The position numbers were made by a program, and so were the translations under genes. A stretch of 63,107 bases of DNA, the filler included, from Lenisia limosa (taxonomy: Eukaryota; Protista; Breviatea), in NCBI GenBank assembly GCA_001655205.1. It is 11 parts of 11 records of this genome, joined end to end, with 100 filler letters (N's around TTAATTAATTAA, not from the genome) between each part and the next. Parts side by side here need not be neighbours in the genome. Positions count along the whole stretch, not along the records: positions 7,378 to 15,948 come from LPNZ01011436.1; positions 16,049 to 23,857 come from LPNZ01010298.1; positions 23,958 to 30,799 come from LPNZ01009305.1; 8 more parts are not named here. One strand, written 5' to 3'. Positions 13,901 through 25,246 of the stretch are shown piece after piece (the stretch's first letter is position 1; each line of letters starts with the position of its first letter). The notes below the pieces were generated by a model. It saw only the letters and a program-made list of their open reading frames with translations. It did no database searches and was not told where the DNA came from.

Positions 13901-15910
13901 CAAAGTCTAAGGTGGGGGGGGGGGTATCTCTCTTCTTTTTTCTTTGTTCTTTGTTTCACTCACATACCCTACTCAGCATTTTAATAACGGATAGCGTTTG
14001 CTGATATTGTGTAGTTGGTTACAGTCAAGAAGGAAACGGAAGAAGAACTTCGATCAATTGTCAAAAAATCACAGGTATTGCAAAACTATCAAAATGGGCA
14101 GACCCTTCACTTAATATGTACATGAAGAATGATTATCATATTATGATGTCTTTCTTGGATGCTGGGAGTTGACATATCAGGTTGCAGCCCTGCAGTCGGA
14201 ACTCATTGAGGCAACGGCAACACTGGAACAAATGCAGCAAGTTCTCAAGGTCGGTTTGAGTTCTTTCCCAAGAAACAATACTCATATAATAATACATGAT
14301 ATTCCCTGCTTTTCCTTTTATACCTATTTATTATGTACTTTCATATTTGTGCACGCTCTCATCCCTGTCACCATGCAAACATCTTTCCACTCCCTCCCGA
14401 AGAGAATATGATAGTTTAGATTGTTGAATCATCAGGCCCTACCCCCACCTCTTCAACAAAAGGTTAGTATGTTGTTGAACCTCTTCAACACATTTAGCAT
14501 ACTTTTTTTGGCTCTTGGGTAATAGATTATTCGCTATGCGATAATTAGGGCTTCCCAACGGTCCCAAAATATACTGAATTTCCCGATAAATTCTCGATAA
14601 ATATCTATATTTTGACGGTCTTTTTTGGACCGTAGGGAAGCCCTAGTAATATTACGAAGCTCAAATTCCCGATTTTCACCTCCACCCCATAGATTCCGAC
14701 AGTGATAGTGACAGCGATATTTTTGAAGATGCAATGGAGGAAATTCACTCGGAAGATGAAGGTAGGGTTTTAGCAGAAATATTTTGATCTATATGTGAAA
14801 CTTTTCTTCTCACTTTTAACATGAATGGAATGATATTATCAATTTCTAAATCTGAAATTATGAACGGCTTCGGTCAGGTATCCATCATCGCACACAACCC
14901 TCTAATAACCCCTTAGCCCCATCCTCAGATATAGCACTCGAATTGGCTCGCGCCAAAATTGGCGTGGCAGACGCTCAGAAACGCGTTGACACCCTCAATG
15001 CCGAAATCGCCACCGTACAGTCTTCTGAGCCCCCTGTGGATGTCACACAGGAGGAACAGATGGTCACGTGCTCGAATGAAGTGGACGAACTCAACTCTAT
15101 TGTTGAAGAATACCAGGCGTGGGAAGGGGGGGGGGGGNNNNNNNNNNNNNNNNNNNNNNNNNNNNNNNNNNNNNNNNNNNNNNNNNNNNNNNNNNNNNNN
15201 NNNNNNNNNNNNNNNNNNNNNNNNTGATGTGTTCCATCTTCCCGAACGTTCATAAAATGCCTTATGACATGCACTGTGTTGAAAAACCCCAATGATCACG
15301 GTTTAGAATGTGTGAAAATGAAGAGTCACTAGGCTTCCCTACCCCTGCGCTCTCGCTCCACTCTGCAATTGCAGCCTTGTCACAGACTGCTCTCATTGGT
15401 GATGAAGTAGGCTTTGATAAAGTCAAATATCCCATATGATGATTTTGTTGAAGGGGTCTCACTTTTTCAGCTTATTTCGAAGTCTCAGAGCAGGATTTCT
15501 CAAACGCTTTCCTGTGATGATGTAAGCAACGACACCTTTCTTTTCTTACATATTCCCCTCGCTTGGGACCTTTTTTGTTTTTCTGTGGAAAATTTTCTTT
15601 GTTCAACACACTTCCTCACCCCATTTATCTTAATATTTGGTTGTTATCAACCNNNNNNNNNNNNNNNNNNNNNNNNNNNNNNNNNNNNNNNNNNNNNNNN
15701 NNNNNNNNNNNNNNNNNNNNNNNNNNNNNNNNNNNNNNNNNNNNNNNNNNNNNNNNNNNNNNNNNNNNNNNNNNNNNNNNNNNNNNNNNNNNNNNNNNNN
15801 NNNNNNNNNNNNNNNNNNNNNNTTGGCTATTTTGGCCCTGGAACCACAGTCTTGCCTTAACCAACTAAAGGAGGCGTTTTTACCCTGTCTTGCCCCTCTG
15901 GCCTGGTAAG
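7935..15910 (+). CDS. Large multi-exon low-complexity/coiled-coil protein with a ~2.45 kb central exon (~10572-13024); possibly golgin or tether-like
   Basis: The long ORF 10631-13048 is flanked by small GT-AG exons upstream and by coiled-coil exons downstream (LAVEAVEASERSSKKTRNDLSNAIEQLDKAKSK, VAALQSELIEATATLEQMQQVLK, ALELARAKIGVADAQKRVDTLNAEI). A probable donor (GTTTGC) lies near 13025, before the ORF stop. Joining everything into one gene is an inference. Confidence 0.6.
11291..11808 (+). repeat. Six coding repeats of [QKH]PW[LI]V[VL]T-x3/4-G[SN]D[SA]L[LV]
   Basis: Translation gives QPWLVVTSDDGNDSLL, KPWLVVTDGEGSDSLV, KPWIVLTNDGGSDALV, HPWLVLTDEAGSDALV, KPWIVLTDNDGSDALV and HPWLVLTDDNGSDSLV. 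Confidence 0.95.
12190..12640 (+). repeat. E/K/R-rich coding tract with 48-bp (16 aa) RKEEEERKKRAEEERQ repeats, single-alpha-helix-like
   Basis: Near-identical units are visible in both DNA and translation. Confidence 0.85.
14546..14645. mobile_element. MITE family A (~100 bp, TIR tagggcttccctacggtcc, TA at both ends)
   Basis: Starts tagggcttcccaacggtcc and ends ggaccgtagggaagcccta, with an internal ataaatcctcgataaatatcgatatttt-like core. Intronic. Confidence 0.85.
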
Positions 15911-16139
15911 TGAAGGGGGGCTTAGGTTAATACTGCAGCTTAGCAAAGNNNNNNNNNNNNNNNNNNNNNNNNNNNNNNNNNNNNNNNNNNNNTTAATTAA
16001 TTAANNNNNNNNNNNNNNNNNNNNNNNNNNNNNNNNNNNNNNNNNNNNAATCGACAATTTAAGAAAGAATAGTAGATAGAAGACCTAATTAAACATATAC
16101 AGTTCTATATCATATACTTTTAAAAAAGCAGGAGCTGCT

Positions 16140-19100
16140 AGACGTGGCAATCCCCAGAGTTGGGCGAGAATAAGTCTGAACCCCGAAGAGCCTAGAAAGT
16201 TGGTTGGAAACGAAAAAAATTGGTCAAAAGGTGCAGCTCTTTATGAACATACCATGCCGTATCTGGGTGATGTTTTTAATTTTGTTTTTGTTACCTTCAA
16301 ACCTGCAAAAAGAGGCCTTCCTGCTGGAGTCGTATACGCCTTTTTCTGAGAAGGCGCGTTGACGCCAAATTCGGTGACAGGACCGGCACGGACAGACTGT
16401 TCCTGGGGGGGGGGNNNNNNNNNNNNNNNNNNNNNNNNNNNNNNNNNNNNNNNNNNNNNNNNNNNNNNNNNNNNNNNNNNNNNNNNNNNNNNNNNNNNNN
16501 NNGACAACACACAAGGGTTGATAGGAGTAAAACAAAGGAAATGTTAATGAGTATTAATCACGAACCGAAAATATGAAACTCCACTCTAGGGGGCGGGGGG
16601 GAGTGTAATATAAAATGGAAAATATGATTATGTTTCTGGGGTGTATGGCTCAACTATTATACAACAGTTTTTGCTGGGGTTGGAGGATAATTTAATGAAA
16701 AATATCGAATTTTTTTGTATCACCTGTCAGAAGTGAACCTCAAATTAATAATAATAATAAAAAGTTGATATTGAAACAGCACATTGACTTGGTATTCCAT
16801 TAGATAATTTGGGAATCACATAATTATAGATACATGTATCAGTATACTAGAATATGTAATTAATAGAATTTCCATGTTAATAATGTGAATCGCAACTTTG
16901 TCATAAGAATCTCAAGTCAATGCGCCGTAATGTTCGTATGTGCTATTGCGCATTGCCTTGGTATTCCCATGAATTATTTATTACTGAGTATCGGCTTACC
17001 CGCTTTGTCCCATTAAGGCTTTGGACACCCTCGCAGCCGAGAAGGGCGAGTCGTTCCTAGGTCGTGAAAAAGGCTTAGCAAATAAATAATAACAACAAAA
17101 AAAAACGCATGAAAAATATCCGACTCCTAACAACAAAAAAAGCACATAAAAAAAATAAAAGTGCCTACATTGGTCGTTTCTCCTCGAGTTCCCCCGAGGG
17201 AAGACCCTCCGTAACCGTCGGGAGGTCGGACTTGAATCGGTTCCACACATCCGAGCCGGGCGAACTGGGTGACCGCGGAGATTGCTAGAATATCACTGTA
17301 ATTGATAGAAAAGATAGAAAAGAAGTCAATTCTAGAATTCTAGAATTGAGATTGATTGATAAATTCTGTGATTAATGGGACCCTCTCCCCTCCCTTCAAT
17401 TACCCCTCTCAAAAAAAAGACCCCTAATGCACCCCCTTACCGAAGGGGGACTGAAGGGACGGAGTAGACGGACTGGGGAAGTCGGCTGAATGGTTAATTT
17501 ATATTGTATATTTTTTCTATATATTAGGGAAGGGTTCGGTTAAATGCCCGTCAAATTGTGGTAATTGTAAAACAGGCTAGATATCGCTTAAGTTGTTTTG
17601 TTTAAAAGAGAGATGTGCATCGAACATTTGAGTTCGAGTCTTGCACAAGTTTTTTTTCTCTTTTCAAAAAACAAAGAAAAAGAAAAAAAAAGAAGAAGTG
17701 ATCTCTCATTTTTCTTTTTTGCGTGTTCTCAAACAATTTCCTGATATCTGTCCTTTGCTCTCTGAATTGATTGTTATTGAAAGATACAATCATTTGAAAA
17801 GAGAAAAGAGAAAGAGATGCATTGGACATCGAGAAATCAAGAATTTGCCTCATCAAAGTAAGAAAAAATCCCTATCCATCGAACAGGGGGTCTTCGTGCT
17901 CCCTCTTACCTTCCTTTCCGGGAATGCAAGTTTTATTCAATTGAACAGTTTTTTACGGGGGGTGGAGATGCTAGTAGCATTATTTCCAAACGGTGCACAT
18001 CTCGCTTACAATAACCAAAAACATCACTACGGCGCATCGACTTGGGAGCCTTGTGAAAACGTTGGAATTCCCGTTTTGTGGTAATTCGAAGAAATTTATG
18101 GGATTTCCAAAAATAACAGGGAATCCCAAGTCGATGCGCCGTAGTGACACTACCTCCCATCCCCACATTGGACTCGCACATGGAGTCGCTTTTGGTGAGG
18201 ACAAAGAGGCTGTTGTCCTTGATGATGGGCTCTGAGTCGGCTCGATTCCTCCGAGGCAGCTAAATGTGTCATGGGGGCAGGCCCAAAATCAACTCTGCTG
18301 GCTGACAACAACCCCCCCCCCCCAANNNNNNNNNNNNNNNNNNNNNNNNNNNNNNNNNNNNNNNNNNNNNNNNNNNNNNNNNNNNNNNNNNNNNNNNNNN
18401 NNNNGCTATATATAATTATATATCATAATATATAGGATCTTTATGAACCCAAATCCAATAGAGACTTTAAACCCCACTGACATCAGACAACGAACTCTCC
18501 AGAGACCTATTAGAACTACTCATCGATCCCGAGCCTCTTTTGACCTGAATGTTATAATATGATGGCTTTGGCCAGATACAACCTTATTTTATATTTCTCA
18601 ACGCTATGTATAATATATATTAAATTTAAAGAATCTATATCATACCTGAAGCAGGAGGAGGTCAATAATATAATATAATACTATAACACGAGGGTTCGAC
18701 CCGAGTATCAGTCATTGAGACTTGTCTATCAATTATCACACGAGTGGATATGAGGTATCAAATCACTGCGTGAAAAAGGATAGCTAACACCCAAAAAGTG
18801 ATACGATAAAACAAAAATAATAATTCTTAATTATATTTAATAATTTTTCGGTATCATATTTCTTTTTCTGATTGTTAGCTCCACCCATACCTGCAGTAGA
18901 GACAACGTCTCCATTGCAAGCATGCTTATGAACACGCTGATATCTTGGTGCTTCCCCGATCCAAGCGTCAAGTACATGAGAGGATTTTCGCCTGGGAGGG
19001 GGGGGGGTGGTAAAATTGGAAAATTTAAGAAAAAAAAAAAAGCCTAAAATCAACTATGATAACTAACAACACGAGAGTGGATAGCAACAAAACAAAAAAC

Positions 19101-22100
19101 TGTCACACCTTTGACAGTATCCTTTAAACATTACGCCAATTCATCCCCGTTATTCAACCCATTTACCCATACCTGACGAAGAGGAACTAACAGAGGGTCG
19201 GAGCTGAAGGGTGAAAAATCAATTCTCAATAGCAGTTTTACAGTGACCGCCGGATCATTATGTTTGACCATTGTTGCAACAAAGACTTTACCGCAAAAAC
19301 AAAAATCATATCATAATACATTAAAAAATATTCAATGATGGTCATTTATTGGATTTATGCGCCCATATCCGAACAACTTCCCCCATGTAAATCCCTGAAA
19401 ATTACCCAAAGTTGCCACAATCCCTGTTAATTACCCGCTAACCAATGTTGATGAGTGGCCTTCGAAAAAACGTTCTCCCATGAGGGAGTGTAAGTTTCGG
19501 GGAATTGCGAGTTCGAAGTGCCTGCGATGGCGGGCTAATCTTCTTGCTGGGGTGGTGGTGAGTGAAACAGAAATTTCGATGAAGACAAATAATCTGAAAC
19601 TTCAAACAACAGACAAAAACATGCAATAAACACGAGCAACCAACGCTAAAACTAGACAAAAGCCAGAAAAAAAAAATTAAAGATATAATATTTAGAAACC
19701 GGAGGGATATTAAATACGTTTTATACACGACANNNNNNNNNNNNNNNNNNNNNNNNNNNNNNNNNNNNNNNNNNNNNNNNNNNNNNNNNNNNNNNNNNNN
19801 NNNNNNNNNNNNNNNNNNNNNNNNNNNNNNNNNNNNNNNNNNNNNNNNNNNNNNNNNNNNNNNNNNNNNNNNNNNNNNNNNNNNNNNNNNNNNNNNNNNN
19901 NNNNNNNNNNNNNNNNNNNNNNNNNNNNNNNNNNNNNNNNNNNNNNNNNNNNNNNNNNNNNNNNNNNNNNNNNNNNNNNNNNNNNGAAAACACGGGTTCA
20001 TAACAACCATAAGTCACAGTGTATTTACCCTCCCACCCCTCTTTAGTTTACTATCCTATCATACTACAACTATTTCACATACACAATATTTCTTAGCACC
20101 ACCACCCTCAATAATCCCCTCGAATACTCAATATCATTTGACCAAGGCTCCCCTACGGTCTGAAAAAGACCGAATATCTCGATAAATCCTCGATAAATAT
20201 CTAGATAGTTTCCTCGTCCTTTTCGGACCATAGGAAAGCCCTAGATAAAACAGTGCATCCCCCCCACCCCAACCTTTAGTCACAGTGTACTGCCGTCCTC
20301 TAGTTGGACTGAGATAGTACGGTCTTTGTCTTCCAACCACCACCGCAACAAAGGTGCCTGTTTTGTGTGAAGAAAAACAGGCCTAACGTGGGGCTTCACT
20401 TCGATGAATCGATACCAAAAAGACTACTGAAATATGTATAGCTTCCCAGGATTATTTGAACCAAAGTGAAACATCGAAAAAAAACTACCTATTTGAGCTG
20501 TAAGACAGCTATCGAACAGAAAATTTATGTATACTATTATCTTAAAAGAGCACAATCTGTTTTGAGAGTAATATCTAAGATCTAAGATTAAAGAAATCAA
20601 TCACAACAATCCAATCACCAAATCCAAATGATCACCTCCCCCCCCCCCCNNNNNNNNNNNNNNNNNNNNNNNNNNNNNNNNNNNNNNNNNNNNNNNNNNN
20701 NNNNNNGAATTTTTCAACAGGCGTGAGATTAGCGCTTATTTCTTGTATTATGGTTTGATTTTCTTAGATTTACGACATCATTCATTTGTTTTAGGTTTAT
20801 AACCTAATCAAAAATGACCCCCCCCCCATACCAACACAAGCCGCCCCAGAAAACTCCAAGATAGCAGGGTTGATTTTGGAGGGAAGCTGAGGCACGGAGG
20901 CTTCACAGATGGCTAGGAATGACAGGCCTACATCTGAGGGNNNNNNNNNNNNNACAAAAAAAAGAGCCCAGAATCAACTCTATTGGCTATAAACACCACA
21001 CAAGGTAAGCCCAGAATCTGGCTAGAAACACACAAGCGCTGTGCAGCCAAAAGTATAAATGGAAAGACTGGGGGGGGGGAGGGGCATCTATATGGTATTA
21101 AAGCGCCATAAATCGGATTTATCATTTACTGTGAGCGCATCCAAAGGAAACGTCGGGAGATTGTGAAAGAAGTGCTTGACAATGTCTGTTTCTGTGTTTT
21201 CTTTTCTATCACTTTGTAGTGTCCTATTATCTCGACTGAATATTGTGCATATTGGAAATTAGAGGATGCGATTAGTATGTTCAAGTGCTCTCCTGACTTT
21301 GAGGTGGGTGTGGTTGTAAAATCAAATAACCAGTTTAGAGGAGAATTCAAATCTCTTTCGATGTCACAAGAGACACGGTTGTCATGTGCCTGAAATTTCT
21401 GATCCAAGATGGGGAAGCCTCATTACTCCCAAAACCTGTAAAACAATGCTGTAACCTTCTACGACGCAGTTCCCGATGCTTCTTGCGGACTACCGACTCA
21501 TGTTCACCAGGACTTCTTCCTTCACAATTTTGGTAAGGAGGCATCAGTCCCAGAACTCTTAATTTTCTAAGTTGTGACTCCTCAAACCCTCAGTAAAACC
21601 AGCAAGACTTTTATGCACTTCTGTAAAGCAATAGGTAAAAGTTGATAAAATGCCACAACTTAGGAAGTTCGCCAAGACCTACGCGGATGTTCGCGGAAAT
21701 GCCCTCCTTGAGCTCCTTAAAAAGCTCAAAAGGGCCAAGCATCTCAAGAATGGGCACGGCAGCACCCTACTGTGTTGGAATATTCGTCATTTTCCTCGGT
21801 AGGACCATGCCTCAACTGCTGGATTCAAGTCACACATCACAACACCCGTTCTTCTTGTCCTTCAGACAAAAAACAACCATTGGCCTTACTTAGGCTGCTG
21901 ATCAACTCTCTTCAGAGTTTCAGATGACCCCGGGCCGTGGTGCCGCATCGGCCAGAAGGTTGAAGGCGCGTTTTTTTCAAACTGACTTTTATCCATTAGA
22001 TATCAAATATGATATATGATATGTGTATGTGTGTATTCTCTTATTACTCTAAGGCTACCGAATCTAAGAATGACCACCTTGGATTCGAATATGAGTTTAT

Positions 22101-23620
22101 TAGAGATGTCATGGCTGACACCCGCCTGATGCTCCTCGATCCGTCGTTGTCAAGCCTATCCCCACCTTCCCTTCGCAACCTCCCATAAGACCCGTGGTGA
22201 AGGTCCCAATAACTCCATTGAAGCCTATCTTCATTGCACTGTGAAGAACTGCAACGCTTGCAAGTCTTGCTCTGTCCCCATTGTAAGCTTTAAATACTAA
22301 GTGTGCCCAGTCTGCTGTCAAGGGCTTGAAAAGCAAGGAAGGTCGGAAATCGGGAGTAACAAACACTAATTGTTATATAGAAGTGGGCAGAACTGTCTGT
22401 CATCAAGAAGTACTTCGCTGTTCTCCCTCACTGGTGATGGTCTGTCAATTGCCGTCCACCTCACTGCGGGTCTCTTCAACTCGCTGCGGGGCTCTTCAAC
22501 TTCGGTACTGAGTTCATCGCTGACGTTGCCGCCGGTATAAATCAAACAATCCATTTTACTGGCTCTCGTTGTGCCATTTTTGCTTTTATGCCTTACTGCT
22601 GTGAAATATTTGACCATGCGGGTAATGTCGGTTAACACAGTCCTTCCCACGACTATATCCAAACACACAAGGTAAGCCCAGAATCAACTCTATTGGCTAG
22701 AAACACACAAGGTAGCCCAAAATCCCCCCCCCCCCNNNNNNNNNNNNNNNNNNNNNNNNNNNNNNNNNNNNNNNNNNNNNNNNNNNNNNNNNNNNNNNNN
22801 NNNNNNNNNNNNNNNNNNNNNNNGAACACAGATTTCCAAATATGATAAGTGCATTTATGTGCTAAATATACTATCTTCCATTCAAACAAGAGAAACATAC
22901 TCGAAAAAAGACAAATATAACATTGAAGAAATGGACCGAAATGCTTCCAAAAAAGCAAGTCACGCACCTCCAGTGGTATCCACGGCTTGGCATTGGTGAG
23001 TTTGGACTAGCAGCTCAAAAATATCCAGAAGAACGGTCAGGAGGCGTGCGAACTAAAGGAAATGAATGGCAGGAATACATGTTACACGAGGTTTTATCCC
23101 GAGGGTATCAGAGTATCATTGAGACTTGCCAGTCAATTTGATGTATCTTATCACTATATGGAAAATGGTAGTTCACACGGGCGAGCTTAGGAAAATGAAA
23201 ATAAGGACGAAATGTAGAGAAGGGATAAAAAAACAAAAACAGAAGATTTTTCTAATATGTTACTTTTGTTTCAATTACCGATACCTGGACAGGGCGAATT
23301 TCACGAGAGTGGAGAGACATTGACTTGAGGCTGATCTAGGTGGTAAGCGGTAATGGGGGGAAACATGATAAAACTCGGTGAAGAACCAAGAATATAATGA
23401 AAACTCAATTAAGGAATATGAAGGAAACCCTGTCAAGAAACAATGCAATGAAAACCCTATCAAGAAACAATGCAATGAAAACCCTATCAAGAAACAATGC
23501 AATGAAAACCCTGTTCCCCCTATTCATCAACCATCTTCCTTCCCCTTCTTTCTCACCACAGAGCAGGCCACCAGAGCAGAAAACTCCCAATAGAGATCTG
23601 CTTCTTTCATCGGGAGAATA
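16140..23620 (-). CDS. Internal portion of a large unidentified multi-exon gene
   Basis: Repeated AG..GT-bounded open blocks on the minus strand include EADLYWEFSALVACSV, FARLLTVLLDIFELLVQTHQCQAVDTTG, RTVLTDITRMVKYFTAVRHK, PLTADWAHLVFKAYNGDRARLASVAVLHSAMKIGFNGVIG and GAAVPILEMLGPFELFKELKEGISANIRVGLGELPKLWHFIN. No family recognised. Confidence 0.5.
18025..18146. mobile_element. MITE family E with CACTA-type termini (other copies at 62261-62409 and, degenerate, 29075-29234)
   Basis: Runs cactacggcgcatcgacttggga ... tcccaagtcgatgcgccgtagtg, a perfect 23-bp TIR. No clear TSD. Confidence 0.8.
18995..19100 (-). repeat. Intronic repeat family D (core agagttgattttgg, then T-run, aattttccaatttta, C-run)
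   Basis: Similar copies at 18281, 20955, 22660, 26410, 29440, 29570, 30670, 48825, 53160 and 59815; partial copies at 55105 and 56990. Confidence 0.8.
20143..20243. mobile_element. MITE family A copy
   Basis: Degenerate TIRs plus the ataaatcctcgataaatatc core. Confidence 0.75.
23420..23515 (+). repeat. 27-bp tandem repeat (aaaaccctatcaagaaacaatgcaatg), about 3.5 copies, intronic
   Basis: Read directly from the sequence. Confidence 0.9.
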
Positions 23621-23670
23621 GTGGGAATGACATGGGGTGGGAGCACCATGAGGAGCTGGAGCGTGAGAGA

Positions 23671-23770
23671 TAGGGCTTCCCTTCGGTTCAAAAAATACCC
23701 GCAAAATATCGATAGTTTTCGAGGATTTATCGAGAAATTTGGTCATTTTTCGAGCCGATGTGAAGCTCTA
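23671..23770. mobile_element. MITE family A copy
   Basis: tagggcttcccttcggttc ... gatgtgaagctcta, with the internal core in reverse orientation. Confidence 0.75.
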
Positions 23771-25246
23771 GCAAGATGATTTAAATATATAGAGAAGAGA
23801 AATAAACAAGGGTGTATCTGGCGGAAGCCGTCCACGCCTTCAGAAATAGATAAAAAANNNNNNNNNNNNNNNNNNNNNNNNNNNNNNNNNNNNNNNNNNN
23901 NTTAATTAATTAANNNNNNNNNNNNNNNNNNNNNNNNNNNNNNNNNNNNNNNNNNNNGTCAAGGCCAAATACGCGGTCAAGGCTAAATACGCGGTCAAGG
24001 CCAAACTCGACCACTTACTTATGTTTATCGATATGTACACTGATCACGATAAGTCCTGACCCGATTGACTAAGAAAAAGCTTCAAAAAACGGGTCAAGAA
24101 TTATTGTGGTAGGTGTAAAGGTAACTGAAAGAAAAAGTTAAATATTTTTTTGTGCTATGACTTACGGTCAGTGTACATTCAGGACCCGTCACTAACTCCA
24201 TCTCATCTCTCACCTCCATGGCTAGTTCTCTTGTGAAAGGCTAGCGCGGCCTGTTTGATGCCTATATAACGTCAGCAAGCGCCTTCCGCAAAAGGCAACC
24301 ACCAGCCCCTTGTTACTCTGTTGCACCGAGGACGCCATGCTAAAGGCAGTGCTGCACGGACCTTTGGGTTCAAACTGTTGGTACCGGGTAGGAAATAATG
24401 TAAGTGAGAGAGGGCACACTTGGTGATAAATCAGAAATGCCACGCTAGATGTACGGTAGTAGTGGGAAGGAGGTCTGTTGTTGTGTTGGGTGTGATATCT
24501 ACAGATATTATATCTTATATATATAAGAAGATACACTAATAATATCAAGAAACAAAGATTGATACGACCATATTATATAATCATATGATGATATGATATG
24601 ATGTGATGATATAGAGATATGCAAATAATTGTAAAGCCCTTCGCCCGATCAGATGATCTGAAGCCTTTATGACAAAATGTTCCTCCAAGCTTCTTCCTCT
24701 GTTCCGATATGTCAGCATCACTAAGTAGAGCACTGTACGATTCAATTCAGTCCGAAGGTTAGTGCATTACGGTCTCTCTTTCTTGTTTCTTGCTGATCTT
24801 TGGGAGAATGTAACTTGCAGGAGTTTTTGACAGGAGTTTCCAATGAACTACTTCTGGCAGAATTTCTTATAATTTTATATTGTCTAGCAGTAGCAAGTAG
24901 ATAGTTCGCATGTGTAGCGTTATAATTTGCGAGATTATCAAAAGCAAAATGACAATACCTGCTTTCTTTACATAAAAATATCTACTTTCTTGACATAGTA
25001 TATCTAATTCTTTACATATTAATAACGAATTTCTATTATACATATTATTTGCTTACTTTCTTGGTTCTATTCCAAGCTGGTGCAAATTTTTTCAATGATA
25101 AAGATTTCTACACTACGCTAATACAAATAAATATACTAGTCTGATCACTTTTCGTCCCCCCCCCCCCTGGAATGATGGGATGCGGTGCTNNNNNNNNNNN
25201 NNNNNNNNNNNNNNNNNNCTCCTCCTATATGTTTCCTTCACCCCCA

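Noticed and set aside
23958-24900. Possible minus-strand exons and an 18-bp triple repeat at the contig start
   Set aside because: No consistent frame or recognisable motif could be supported.
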